NCBI GenBank assembly: GCA_963814275.1 | Contig: CAWFCE010000001.1 | Span: 67,307 to 131,306 of the forward strand | Direction: 5' to 3' | Origin: Candidatus Parcubacteria bacterium | GTDB lineage: Bacteria > Patescibacteriota > Patescibacteriia > Patescibacteriales > UBA12075 | Length of the DNA stretch: 64,000 bases | Shown here: in pieces, positions 47,708 through 57,645 of the stretch | Layout of the letters: every line of letters begins with the position of its first letter | How positions within the stretch are numbered: the stretch's first letter is position 1 | The notes under the pieces: model-generated | Told to the model about the DNA's origin: nothing | Database searches by the model: none | The model's input: only the letters and a program-made list of their open reading frames with translations | Translations under genes and position numbers: made by a program

Positions 47708-48790
47708 ATGTTCGATAAGAAAAAACCTGCCGACAAAGGACAGGACGCGATAAAGCCCGGTAACCCGGCCATAGAAGAACACGACCAGGCAGTGATCCAT
47801 TCTATGCCTAAGCGTTATCTGCATGTCGTAAAAAAAACCTCGGGCGGACACAAAAAAACCGGCCTCCTGATATTATCTCTGGGAGCCGCTTTACTGGTGG
47901 CGGCATTTGGCGTTGCTTATTATTATTTGTCGGTTAGCAAGCCGGCGCCGGCAGAAGACAATGTGCCGCTGGATGAAATGCTGGATCAGCCGATCATCCC
48001 CGTTTCTCCGCCGCCCCCCCAAGAATCGAATAATAATCCTACCGTTAGCCAGCCGCTTAATTCCGGAACTGAAGACGCGCCAACCGACGGTAAGGAAACG
48101 ACAGATGTAAACGGCGATAAGCCCCGTATTGATAGCGCGCCCGATCTTATAATTGCTTCCGGTACCGCCGAAACGGCAAGCAGCAGTATGGCGGAGGATG
48201 CCCCGGCAGAGGCCACCTCTACCCCGGCCAAAACGTTTATTCCGGCTTCTGACGCCGACCAGGATGGGTTGAGCGACTTGGAAGAGATCCTGCTTAGCAC
48301 CAATATGAACGAGGCGGACAGCGATAACGACGGTTATTCCGATTCTTCTGAGCTTATGAATCTTTACAATCCCGCCGGCAGCGGCACGATCATTACCAAC
48401 CCCGGGATCAATAAATATTCGAATAGCACCTATCAATACTCGCTTTATTACCCGTCATCTTGGCCGGTTAGCGCGGCGGGCGGCGATGATTCGATAATAT
48501 TCAAGCCGGATAACAGCCAGTTCGTCCAAGTGATCGTAAGCGATGAAGGCGGAAACACGGATATCGAGGATTGGTACAAAGAGCAATTCAACGCGCCGTT
48601 TATCCGGCCGGAACAGATAATCTACAAAGCCGGCTGGAGCGGCGTCATGAGCGATGATGGCTTGATCGCATATTTGAAGAAACCGGGCGGGGATAAAATC
48701 TACACCGTATCATATAACGCCGGCCTGACCAGCGTCATTGGCTATAAGAGCATTTTTAATATGATGATAAAAAGCCTGACTGCGTCTTAA
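47708..48790 (+). CDS. Single-pass membrane protein with TSP3-type repeats and a C-terminal globular domain; paralogous in architecture to 46739..47545
   Basis: It starts MFDKKKP and has the TM segment GLLILSLGAALLVAAFGVAYYYL, a Pro-rich linker, and the repeats DADQDGLSDLEE and DSDNDGYSDSSE. Confidence 0.65.
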   Translation: MFDKKKPADKGQDAIKPGNPAIEEHDQAVIHSMPKRYLHVVKKTSGGHKKTGLLILSLGAALLVAAFGVAYYYLSVSKPAPAEDNVPLDEMLDQPIIPVSPPPPQESNNNPTVSQPLNSGTEDAPTDGKETTDVNGDKPRIDSAPDLIIASGTAETASSSMAEDAPAEATSTPAKTFIPASDADQDGLSDLEEILLSTNMNEADSDNDGYSDSSELMNLYNPAGSGTIITNPGINKYSNSTYQYSLYYPSSWPVSAAGGDDSIIFKPDNSQFVQVIVSDEGGNTDIEDWYKEQFNAPFIRPEQIIYKAGWSGVMSDDGLIAYLKKPGGDKIYTVSYNAGLTSVIGYKSIFNMMIKSLTAS

Positions 48791-48795
48791 CGGTT

Positions 48796-49242
48796 ATGAT
48801 CGAGATAAACAACAAAACCCGCAAAGAACTGCCAAACCGGCAGCTGAAGAAAATTATTGAATGTTTTCTGGGGAGAAACGATAAGACCGGTTATAATGTA
48901 TCTATCGCTTTTGTGGGGGATGCGACCATTAAGCGCTTGAACCGGCAGTACCGCGGGATCGACCGGGTTACCGATGTTCTGTCCTTTTCGGGTGAAGATG
49001 ATTTTTTGGGCGAGATCATCATCGATCCGGCCCAGATCGAAAGGCAGGCTAAGCGGTTTCGATCGAGTACGTATGAGGAGCTGGTGTTCATCCTGGTCCA
49101 CGGCCTCTTGCATCTGCTCGGTTATCGGGATGATACGGACAAAGGAAAAAAGGAAATGATCGCTTTGGGAGAGGAATTTATCAGTAGCTTGAAAATGGAA
49201 ATTGGAAATTCGGACCGACTTTATGGGGCGGCAAGACATTAA
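48796..49242 (+). CDS. ybeY: rRNA maturation endoribonuclease YbeY
   Basis: 148 aa. It has the motif HGLLHLLGYRDD (canonical form H..LHL.GYDH). VTDVLSF is upstream of it. Confidence 0.85.
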   Translation: MIEINNKTRKELPNRQLKKIIECFLGRNDKTGYNVSIAFVGDATIKRLNRQYRGIDRVTDVLSFSGEDDFLGEIIIDPAQIERQAKRFRSSTYEELVFILVHGLLHLLGYRDDTDKGKKEMIALGEEFISSLKMEIGNSDRLYGAARH

Positions 49243-49305
49243 TGGCCCAACCGTATCAAAAGTAACAGCCAAATTTCAATTTTCCAGTTGCTAATTACAT
49301 AAAAA

Positions 49306-49665
49306 ATGATCAGATTCAAACGTTTATTCAAAAGTTTCCGCTACGCCGTAAAAGGGCTAATTACGGTTTTTCGGGAAGAGCAGAATCTGCTTATCCAAAG
49401 CATTGTCGGCGTATTGATCATATTTCTTGGTTTATATGTCGGCTTAAGCCAGATGGAGTGGGCGGTTATCGTAATGATGATCGGTTTGGTTTTGCTTGTA
49501 GAAATCATCAACAGCGCGGTCGAGCGGGTATCGGATGTATTGAAACCGCGGATAAACAGCTATGTCAAGGAAATAAAGGATGTAATGGCCGCCGCCGTTA
49601 TGTTAGCGTCGGTTATCGCGGTAATTGTCGGTTTGATCGTCTTTGTGCCGCACCTATTCGATTGA
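49306..49665 (+). CDS. dgkA: Diacylglycerol kinase / undecaprenol kinase family (DgkA)
   Basis: 119 aa with 3 TM segments. It carries FREEQN, EIINSAVERVSD and KDVMAAAV. Confidence 0.85.
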   Translation: MIRFKRLFKSFRYAVKGLITVFREEQNLLIQSIVGVLIIFLGLYVGLSQMEWAVIVMMIGLVLLVEIINSAVERVSDVLKPRINSYVKEIKDVMAAAVMLASVIAVIVGLIVFVPHLFD

Positions 49666-49995
49666 ATGAGCGATATTCATCCTAATATTCCGAATACTGA
49701 TACAACCCGAGTAAAAGATAAGGACACAAAATAACCAACAATCAAACGGCTTGGTCATTTGGTGATTGGTTATTCAAGATTTGTTTGGTTACCTGCTTGC
49801 CCTGCCTACCGGCAGGCAGGCGGCAGGCAGCTTGTGTCTTGCAGCTTGGTTATTATATTTTTTATAGCAAAAGCTTAAATTGCGAATTTTTGGTTTATAA
49901 TATCAACACAATTGGCATTGGCATCCAACAGGGGTTGGCTAATATGCAAAAATAGTATATAATACTAACATTGGTAAATATCATATTATTCCATT

Positions 49996-51258
49996 ATGAA
50001 AGATGAAATAATCGCCGGGCTGGATATCGGCACCAGCGCTATCCGGTTGGTTGTCGGCCAGCGAAGCCAGGGCCGGGAAAACGAGGATAAACTGCAGATA
50101 ATCGGCGCGGTTACGGTACCGGCTAACGGCATCAATAAAGGGGCGGTAAAATCCATCGAGGACGTTACGTCCTCGATTTCCGCATGCCTGGAACGGTCAG
50201 AGCGCATCGTGGGCGTACCGATCGAAAGCGCCTGGGTTTCCATCAATAGCCCCCATATCAAATGTGAAAAAAGCCGAGGGGTGGTTGCGATAGCCAGAAG
50301 CGACGGTGAAATAACCCAGGACGATATCGAACGGGCGCTGGAAGCGGCCCGGGCATTGTCGGTGCCGCCGAATTACGAGATTCTCCATGTTATTCCGGTC
50401 AGATTTACCGTCGATAACCAGGAAGACATCAAGGATCCGATCGGCATGACCGGGGTGCGTTTGGAAGTGGAGACGCTGATCATCCAGGGGCTCTCCAGTC
50501 AGATCAAGAACCTGACCAAGGCGATATTCCGTACCGGTCTCGATATTGAAGATTTGGTATTGTCGCCGCTGGCCGCCGCGGAAGCGGTAATCGGCGCCAA
50601 GCAAAAAGAGCTGGGGGCCGCCCTGGTGAATATCGGCGCCAGCACGACCAGCTTGGCGGTATTCGAGGAAGGCGAACTTTTACACACCGCTGTCATTCCG
50701 ATCGGATCCGAGCATATTACCGCTGATGTAGCGATCGGCCTGCGCTGTCCGATAAATCTGGCGGAAAAAGTGAAGCTGGAGCACGGCAGCGCTTTGCCGG
50801 AAAAATACAATAAGAAAGAAGAGCTTGATTTGGGGGATTTGGCCGGCGATGGATCCGATCCGGATGATTTGCCGAAAGTCTCCCGCAAATACGTGGCGGA
50901 AATCATCGAAGCCAGAGTCGAGGAAATGTTCGAAAAGATCGACGAGGAATTGAAGAAGATCGAGCGCTCGGGGATGCTGCCCGGAGGAGTATTTTTGATC
51001 GGCGGTGGTACCAAGCTGAACGGTATAGTCGAAGTAGGGAAAAGAAAGCTGCGGCTGCCGGTGGCACTTGGAGTCAATAGCAATATATCTACTGTTATCG
51101 ATAAAGTTAATGATACCGAATTCTTGAATGCCCTGGGATTGGTTGCCTGGGGCAGCCATGTATCCGTTTCGCACCGGGGGCTGAAGCTTCCCGGGGGCGC
51201 TTCCCTGGGACAGGCATTCGGGAAGGTCAAAAAATGGTTTTCATCCTTGGCGCCATAG
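49996..51258 (+). CDS. ftsA: Cell division protein FtsA
   Basis: 420 aa. Actin-like motifs are GLDIGTSAIRLVVG, LVNIGASTTSLAVF and GGVFLIGGGTKLNG. Confidence 0.93.
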   Translation: MKDEIIAGLDIGTSAIRLVVGQRSQGRENEDKLQIIGAVTVPANGINKGAVKSIEDVTSSISACLERSERIVGVPIESAWVSINSPHIKCEKSRGVVAIARSDGEITQDDIERALEAARALSVPPNYEILHVIPVRFTVDNQEDIKDPIGMTGVRLEVETLIIQGLSSQIKNLTKAIFRTGLDIEDLVLSPLAAAEAVIGAKQKELGAALVNIGASTTSLAVFEEGELLHTAVIPIGSEHITADVAIGLRCPINLAEKVKLEHGSALPEKYNKKEELDLGDLAGDGSDPDDLPKVSRKYVAEIIEARVEEMFEKIDEELKKIERSGMLPGGVFLIGGGTKLNGIVEVGKRKLRLPVALGVNSNISTVIDKVNDTEFLNALGLVAWGSHVSVSHRGLKLPGGASLGQAFGKVKKWFSSLAP

Positions 51259-51284
51259 TATTTTCAAAGGATAGCGAGCATAGT

Positions 51285-51313
51285 AAAGCTGTATAAATTT
51301 TTTATACAGCTTT
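51285..51313 (+). terminator. Hairpin after ftsA; a possible terminator or attenuator
   Basis: The stem aaagctgtataaa / tttatacagcttt is followed by a T-rich tract. Confidence 0.5.
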
Positions 51314-51430
51314 ATTTGAAATTTTTTGCATTCTCTTGCTAAATATATAATAATATATTACAATTATAGTAATTAAATATTCATATACTAAGCCCAAAAT
51401 TTTTTAATTATTATTAGCGATAATTCTCAT

Positions 51431-52609
51431 ATGGCAGAAGTAAAACCGGCTATAGAAACTTTCGCCAAAATTAAGGTCGTCGGCGTCGGCGGCGGCGGAG
51501 GCGCGGCAGTTAATCGAATGGTGGATACGGGAATCAGGGGAGTTGATTTTATTGCCGTAAATACTGATGTCCAGGCGCTGCATTATAATAAGGCGGGCAA
51601 AAAGCTGCATATTGGCAAAACCATCACCCGCGGATTAGGGGCCGGGATGAACCCGGAGCTGGGGCGCCAAGCGGCTGAAGAGTCGCAAAACGAGATCAGG
51701 GACGCGCTGAAGGATGCCGATATGGTGTTCGTAACCTGCGGCATGGGAGGAGGCACCGGTTCCGGCGCTTCTCCGGTCGTCGCGGAAATCGCTCGTGACC
51801 TGGGGGCATTGACGGTTGCCGTCGTGACCAAGCCGTTTTCCTTCGAGGGCGCCCAGCGCCGCAATATCGGCGAGCGCGGGCTGACCGATCTGGCGGATAA
51901 GGTGGACACTATCATTACCATTCCTAACGATAAATTACTTCAGGTGATCGACAAGAAAACATCGCTTCTGGATGCTTTCCGGGTGGTCGACGAGGTGCTC
52001 CAACAGGGGGTGCAGGGGATCGCGGAATTGATCACAATCCCGGGCCTCATCAATGTCGATTTTGCCGACGTAAAGGCGGTAATGGCCAACGCCGGTTCGG
52101 CGCTTATGGGAATAGGCGTCGCCAGCGGCGAGAATAAAGCGATCGAAGCGGCCAAGACGGCAATCAGTTCACCGCTTCTGGAGATGTCGATCGAGGGCGC
52201 GCGCGGTATATTATTCACCATCACCGGCGGCGAGTCGCTCGGTATGAGCGACGTGAACGAAGCGGCCAAGATCATCACTGCTTCGGCTGATGAGGATGCC
52301 AAGATCATATTTGGCGCGGCAATCGACCATAAGATGAAAGACGAATTGAAGATCACCGTAGTCGCTACCGGCTTTGACGGCCGGATCGGGGGAGGGGAGC
52401 GTCTTACGAGCGAAAACAGCTATTCACCCAATAAATATATTACGGAAAAAGAAAAAGAAGAAAAAGAAAAAGTCAGCCGATTCAAGTCCAAACCCTCTCC
52501 GCTTAAAGCCGCCCAAGCCGAACCGGCCAAGAAAAAACCGACCGCTACCGAATCCGACGAAGACGATGAATTGGGGATCCCGGCTTTTATTAGGAAGAAA
52601 ATGCAGTAG
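51431..52609 (+). CDS. ftsZ: Cell division protein FtsZ
   Basis: 392 aa. It has [15 protein letters not shown], the tubulin signature [13 protein letters not shown], and the C-terminal peptide [15 protein letters not shown]. Confidence 0.97.
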   Translation: MAEVKPAIETFAKIKVVGVGGGGGAAVNRMVDTGIRGVDFIAVNTDVQALHYNKAGKKLHIGKTITRGLGAGMNPELGRQAAEESQNEIRDALKDADMVFVTCGMGGGTGSGASPVVAEIARDLGALTVAVVTKPFSFEGAQRRNIGERGLTDLADKVDTIITIPNDKLLQVIDKKTSLLDAFRVVDEVLQQGVQGIAELITIPGLINVDFADVKAVMANAGSALMGIGVASGENKAIEAAKTAISSPLLEMSIEGARGILFTITGGESLGMSDVNEAAKIITASADEDAKIIFGAAIDHKMKDELKITVVATGFDGRIGGGERLTSENSYSPNKYITEKEKEEKEKVSRFKSKPSPLKAAQAEPAKKKPTATESDEDDELGIPAFIRKKMQ

Positions 52610-52735
52610 GCATTTGCGCATTCGGACGTGCCGAATTCGTAGTCCGGCGTCTATCGCTAAGAAAATGCAGTAGGCATTTGCGCATTCGGACGTGCCGAAT
52701 TTGTAGTCCGGCGCCTATCGCAAAGAAAATAATGC
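52595..52735 (+). repeat. 64-bp tandem repeat (2 copies plus a partial third) starting inside the last codons of ftsZ
   Basis: aagaaaatgcagtaggcatttgcgcattcggacgtgccgaatt.gtagtccggcg.ctatcgc starts at 52595 and at 52659, with a partial copy at 52723. Each copy carries the hairpin ATTCGG-ACGTG-CCGAAT. Confidence 0.9.
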
Positions 52736-52900
52736 GGTGTTTTGCCAGAGGCGACCCGCCCCTACGGACGCGGGACATCCGAATTAATGTTACAACAGGT
52801 ATATAACTTATTTATATAAAATGGGGCCGCATGGTCTCATTTTTTAAATAAAAGGTTTGTTGAGACGAAGATCTATACAAATAATAATTGTAGAAATAAT

Positions 52901-55831
52901 ATGGAAAATCAAAAAATAAAACCGGGACAAATCATCCATGGCTGGCAGGTTTTAAGAAAAAACCCGCTGAAGCCCAGGCCAACGGTATTTTATGAGCTTA
53001 AGCATCTCGCTACCGGGGCGCGTTACGTTCATTTGGCCGATGGGGAGAAGAATAATGTCTTTTGCGTCGCTTTTAAGACCATATCCCATGATAATACCGG
53101 TATCGCGCATATTTTGGAGCATACGGTATTGACCGGTTCGGGCAAATACCCTGTCCGCGATCCGTTTTTTTCCATGCTCCGGCGCAGTTTGCAAACTTTC
53201 ATGAATGCTTTTACTTCAGAGGACTGGACCGCCTACCCTTTCGCGACACAAAACCACAAGGATTTTTTCAATCTGCTGAAGGTTTATCTGGACGCGGCGT
53301 TCCACCCCCTGCTTAAGGAAATGAATTTTCTCCAGGAAGGCCATCGCCTGGAATTAGACGGCGACAAGCTGGTGGTCAAAGGAGTGGTCTACAACGAAAT
53401 GAAGGGCTCGCTGTCTTCTCCCGAACGTTTGATGTGCGAGGGGATAAAACAAGCTATCTTCCCGTCTGGCAATTATCGCTTCAATTCCGGGGGCGATCCG
53501 GAATATATACCGCGGTTGACCCACCAGGACCTAGTGCGGTTCCATGAACGATATTACCATCCCAGCAATGCATATTTCTACAGCTCGGGGCAGTTGCCTT
53601 TAAAAGAGCTGCTCAGGGTGATTGAGCAGGAGGTGCTCGGCGTATACAGCGCCAAGAAGATCGCCGTTCAAATCAAAAATGAAAAGCGCTGGAAGCGTTC
53701 GCGGCGGATAACGGATTATTACCCGGTCGAAAGCCTTTCGAAAAAAACCGGACAGCACCAAGCCGCAATGGCCTGGCTAACGGCCCCTATCACGGATACG
53801 GACGCACAGCTGGCCCTTGAATTGATGGAAGAAGTGCTACTGGGCAACCAGGCGTCCCCGCTCAAGAAAGAATTGATCGGTTCCGGATTGGGTGCGGATA
53901 TGGCCGACATGAGCGGCCTGACCAGCGAATATCAGGAATCGATTTTTGTCTGCGGCCTCAAGGGATTGAAACCGGCCGCCGTACCCGCGGTATTCCGGCT
54001 GATCGATCGAACCTTGCGGCGGATCGTGGACGAGGGGATAGAACCGGATCTGATCACCGCGGCTCTCAATAAACAGGAATTCGGCAAGCGTGAAATCAGC
54101 AATCATCCATACCCCTATGGACTTAAATTGTGGTTCGATTTGATCGAACCCTGGATCCACGGCGGCGACCCATATGACGAACTGGCTATCGAGCCGCGTC
54201 TGGCCAGGATCCGCCGCCAGGCCGTGTCCGGAAAATTAGTCGAAAGAACCATCAAACGTTATCTGCTGGATAATAAACATTTTCTCGAATATCATTTCGC
54301 CCCGAATACCGCTATCTTCGATCGTCGGGAACGCGCGGCCGCGGCGCATCTTGATAAGCAGTATAAGGGCTTGTCCGCAGCAGATGCCAGGACGATAAAA
54401 CATCGGGCAGAGGCGCTTAGATCCTGGCAGAAAAAAGAAGGAGATGATTCCTGCCTGCCCAATCTTATGCGCCGGGATATCCCGCGGCGCGTGGAGCACG
54501 TAAATTCCCGATTCGTTTCACGCAAGTCTTCTTTATATTCCTATGAAATGCCGACGAACGGGATCGTGTATGTCGATATCGCTTTTTCCCTCGATAAGGT
54601 TGCCGGCGAATTGTTGCCCTATATCCCCTTGCTTTGCTTCGTATTGCCGCAAAATAACACCCGGAAACGCCCATACAGCTCATTGGTAAGGGAAATAGAC
54701 GCCTATACCGGGGGAATAACCTTCACGCCTGTCATCCAAAACGGATACGGCAGATATAAAGGCGCACGTTCCCTATTGCTCGTCCAGGGAAAATGTCTGG
54801 ATACTAAATTGCGAAGACTTCTTTCGTTATTGAAAGAATTGCTGGCGGCTTATGATTTTTCCGACGCGGAACGGCTGCGGATATATTTGGCGGAAATGTC
54901 GGCCCAAATGGAAAACAGCATAATGAGCGAAGGCCATAACTACGCCCTGTCGCTGTCGGCCAGCGGTTTATCGCCCGTTAAGGCGCAGCAAGAGGAGTGG
55001 TACGGATTAAGACAGTACGAACACCTTAGATCAATATCAACAAGATCCTCTATGATTTCCGTTGGCGCCGGTTTGGCCCGCCTGGCAGAACAGGTGTTTA
55101 CCGTTGACAATGTAGCTGCCGGTTCGATAATCGGAGAACGATCGATAGCAGCTTCCGCCGCCTCTGGACTGGACAGCCTAATCGGGTCATTGGCGGGCAA
55201 GCCGGCCGCTAAAAATAAAAAAGAGTTTATTCCGAAGCGATATTTCGCAGGCCGTTTTACTGCCACCGCCGTTTCGTTCGTTGCCGCCAGCTTGCCGGTT
55301 CCGGCCATCACGGAGAAGGCGGCTCCGGCCATACTGGCGGCCGGCAAGATCCTTTCCCGGCAGTTTTTGCACAATCTGATCCGCGAGCAGGGCGGCGCAT
55401 ACGGCGCTTTTTCCCGCTATGATGCGGGCGAAGGGATATTCCAGTTCGGATCTTATCGCGACCCTCATATTGAGTCCACCCTGAAAGCTTTTAACCGTGC
55501 CGTGCAAATGCTGGCTGGCGGCAAATTCAGCGAGGAGGACGTAACCGGGGCGATCCTGATGGCGGTTGCCGATACGGAGAAACCGAATACGCCGGCGGAA
55601 GCGGCGGAAAAAGATTATCTGCGCCGCTTGTACGGTATAACCGATAAACAGCGCCAAAACTTCAAAAACCACTTGCTAAAAGTCAGCAAGCGCGAAATCG
55701 CGGACGCGGCCAAACACTATCTGGCCAATCCCCTGAAGAATGGTTCGATCGTGGTTGTCAGTAATCGGGAAAAGCTTTCCCGGTATAACGCAAAACATCC
55801 GAAACGGCCATTGGAGATTGAAGAGATATAA
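52901..55831 (+). CDS. M16-family (pitrilysin/PreP-like, M16C) zinc metallopeptidase
   Basis: 976 aa. The inverted zinc motif HILEH (GIAHILEHTVLTGS) is followed by a downstream E (YNEMKG). The length and layout are typical of presequence-protease-like enzymes. Confidence 0.85.
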   Translation: MENQKIKPGQIIHGWQVLRKNPLKPRPTVFYELKHLATGARYVHLADGEKNNVFCVAFKTISHDNTGIAHILEHTVLTGSGKYPVRDPFFSMLRRSLQTFMNAFTSEDWTAYPFATQNHKDFFNLLKVYLDAAFHPLLKEMNFLQEGHRLELDGDKLVVKGVVYNEMKGSLSSPERLMCEGIKQAIFPSGNYRFNSGGDPEYIPRLTHQDLVRFHERYYHPSNAYFYSSGQLPLKELLRVIEQEVLGVYSAKKIAVQIKNEKRWKRSRRITDYYPVESLSKKTGQHQAAMAWLTAPITDTDAQLALELMEEVLLGNQASPLKKELIGSGLGADMADMSGLTSEYQESIFVCGLKGLKPAAVPAVFRLIDRTLRRIVDEGIEPDLITAALNKQEFGKREISNHPYPYGLKLWFDLIEPWIHGGDPYDELAIEPRLARIRRQAVSGKLVERTIKRYLLDNKHFLEYHFAPNTAIFDRRERAAAAHLDKQYKGLSAADARTIKHRAEALRSWQKKEGDDSCLPNLMRRDIPRRVEHVNSRFVSRKSSLYSYEMPTNGIVYVDIAFSLDKVAGELLPYIPLLCFVLPQNNTRKRPYSSLVREIDAYTGGITFTPVIQNGYGRYKGARSLLLVQGKCLDTKLRRLLSLLKELLAAYDFSDAERLRIYLAEMSAQMENSIMSEGHNYALSLSASGLSPVKAQQEEWYGLRQYEHLRSISTRSSMISVGAGLARLAEQVFTVDNVAAGSIIGERSIAASAASGLDSLIGSLAGKPAAKNKKEFIPKRYFAGRFTATAVSFVAASLPVPAITEKAAPAILAAGKILSRQFLHNLIREQGGAYGAFSRYDAGEGIFQFGSYRDPHIESTLKAFNRAVQMLAGGKFSEEDVTGAILMAVADTEKPNTPAEAAEKDYLRRLYGITDKQRQNFKNHLLKVSKREIADAAKHYLANPLKNGSIVVVSNREKLSRYNAKHPKRPLEIEEI

Positions 55832-56044
55832 CCAGCAAGAGTTAATTGCATGTTATAAATTTTGTATAATCAGGACTTACACATGCCGGTTTTAACAGTT
55901 AGCGGGTCCATCTGGCAAAATTTCTCGGCAAACGTAATAAGTAATAAGACATAAGCAATAAGTCTTATGTAAAGTTAAACGCAATGCATTTCTGGCAATT
56001 CGGCATATTCGTAAATGGGATATAACTATGTTATAATATAAAGT

Positions 56045-57643
56045 ATGCAATATTCTTATCGTCCGGTGGTATTGGTGGTGCTAGACGGTTGGGGCGAATG
56101 GGAGACCAAGATGGGCAATCCGATGTCCTGCGCCAAAATGCCAACCATCGATCAATTGAACCAATATTATCCCAAGCTTTTATTGGAAGCCTCAGGTCTG
56201 GCGGTCGGTTTGCCTTGGGGCGTATTCGGTAATTCCGAAGTCGGCCACCAAACCCTGGGTTCAGGCCAGATAATTTACCACTACTTGCCGACTATCACGG
56301 CCGCCATCCAGAGCCGGCGTTTTTTCAATAATGAAATATTACTTAAGGTTTTTGCCAAGGCGAAAAAAAGAGGTTCAAAATTGCACATTATGGGCCTTTT
56401 AAGCGACGGGGGAGTACATTCTCATATCGACCACGCAGTCGCTTTGCTGCAAATGGCGAAAGAACAGGGTATTAACGAAATATATGTCCATGCCATTACC
56501 GACGGCCGCGATACCCCGCCTCAATCGAGTTTGCGGTATATTCCATATCTGTTAGAGCAATTCAAGAAGATCGGTATCGGCCGACTGGCCACGATCGTCG
56601 GCCGTTATTATACCATGGACCGCAATCGTAACTGGGACCGGGTAGAAAGGGGTTTTCTGGCCATGGTGGACGGCGACGGCGAGCAGACTAGCGACCCCAT
56701 CAAAGCAATCATGCGCCAGCATGGTGAAAATAAAACCGACGAATATCTGGAACCGATCGTGATGGTCGATGAGAACAATGGTCCGGCCGGTTTGGTGGGA
56801 GAAAACGATGTCATAATCAATTTTAATTTCCGGGCCGACCGGGCGCGGCAAATATCATACGCTTTTGCCGACCCTGGTTTCGATAATTTTAAGCATGCCA
56901 AAGTTCCGCCGCATATATACTATGTCGGCTTTTCCGAATATTCCGAGGATTTGAAAATACCGGCCATTTTTCCGGCGCAAAAAATCACCTCCCGGATCGG
57001 GGATATTCTGGCCAAGCACCACAAGAAGCAATTGCGCATCGCCGAAACGGAAAAATACGCCCACGTCACTTATTTTTTTAATGGCGGTATGCCTGATCCC
57101 TTTCCCGGGGAAGACCGTATTTTTGTCCCTTCCAAGAACGCCCCTTCCTATGCGACGGTTCCGGAGATGAGCGCGGCAGAAATAAACGCCAAGCTGATCG
57201 CAGCCATAAAAAGCAACAAATATGATTTTATTCTGGTAAATTACGCCAATACCGATATGGTAGGCCATACGGGGGATTTTCGGGCGGGAATCAAAGCCCT
57301 GGAAGTCGTGGACGGTTGTCTGAAAGAGCTGGTCGAGACCACTCTGTCAATGAACGGTTGCCTGTTGATTACCGCTGATCATGGCAATATCGAAGAAATG
57401 ATCAATCTGGAAACCGGCCAGATCGACACACAGCATTCTACCAACCCGGTTCCTTTTTGGTATGTTTCCCCGGACAGCAAAACAAAAGACCCCCACAAAG
57501 AGGGCCTAATGGAAATACATGGCATGATCGCAGACGTGTCGGCAACGATTTTGACGCTGTTTAACCTGAAAAAACCGGAACAGATGATCGGAAACTGCCT
57601 ATTTGACCGTTTGTATCCCAAGAAAAAAGACAGCGATAAATAG
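56045..57643 (+). CDS. gpmI: 2,3-bisphosphoglycerate-independent phosphoglycerate mutase
   Basis: 532 aa. It has VVLVVLDGWGE, GNSEVGHQTLGSG, DGRDTPP, NYANTDMVGHTG and ITADHGN. Confidence 0.95.
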   Translation: MQYSYRPVVLVVLDGWGEWETKMGNPMSCAKMPTIDQLNQYYPKLLLEASGLAVGLPWGVFGNSEVGHQTLGSGQIIYHYLPTITAAIQSRRFFNNEILLKVFAKAKKRGSKLHIMGLLSDGGVHSHIDHAVALLQMAKEQGINEIYVHAITDGRDTPPQSSLRYIPYLLEQFKKIGIGRLATIVGRYYTMDRNRNWDRVERGFLAMVDGDGEQTSDPIKAIMRQHGENKTDEYLEPIVMVDENNGPAGLVGENDVIINFNFRADRARQISYAFADPGFDNFKHAKVPPHIYYVGFSEYSEDLKIPAIFPAQKITSRIGDILAKHHKKQLRIAETEKYAHVTYFFNGGMPDPFPGEDRIFVPSKNAPSYATVPEMSAAEINAKLIAAIKSNKYDFILVNYANTDMVGHTGDFRAGIKALEVVDGCLKELVETTLSMNGCLLITADHGNIEEMINLETGQIDTQHSTNPVPFWYVSPDSKTKDPHKEGLMEIHGMIADVSATILTLFNLKKPEQMIGNCLFDRLYPKKKDSDK

Positions 57644-57645
57644 CT

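Noticed and set aside
52374-52673. A 99-aa plus-strand ORF and a 65-aa minus-strand ORF overlapping the ftsZ 3' end (poly-Lys and poly-Phe).
   Set aside because: They are alternative-frame readings of the Glu/Lys-rich ftsZ linker (the gaaaaagaaaaagaag run) and of the 64-bp repeat, not independent genes.
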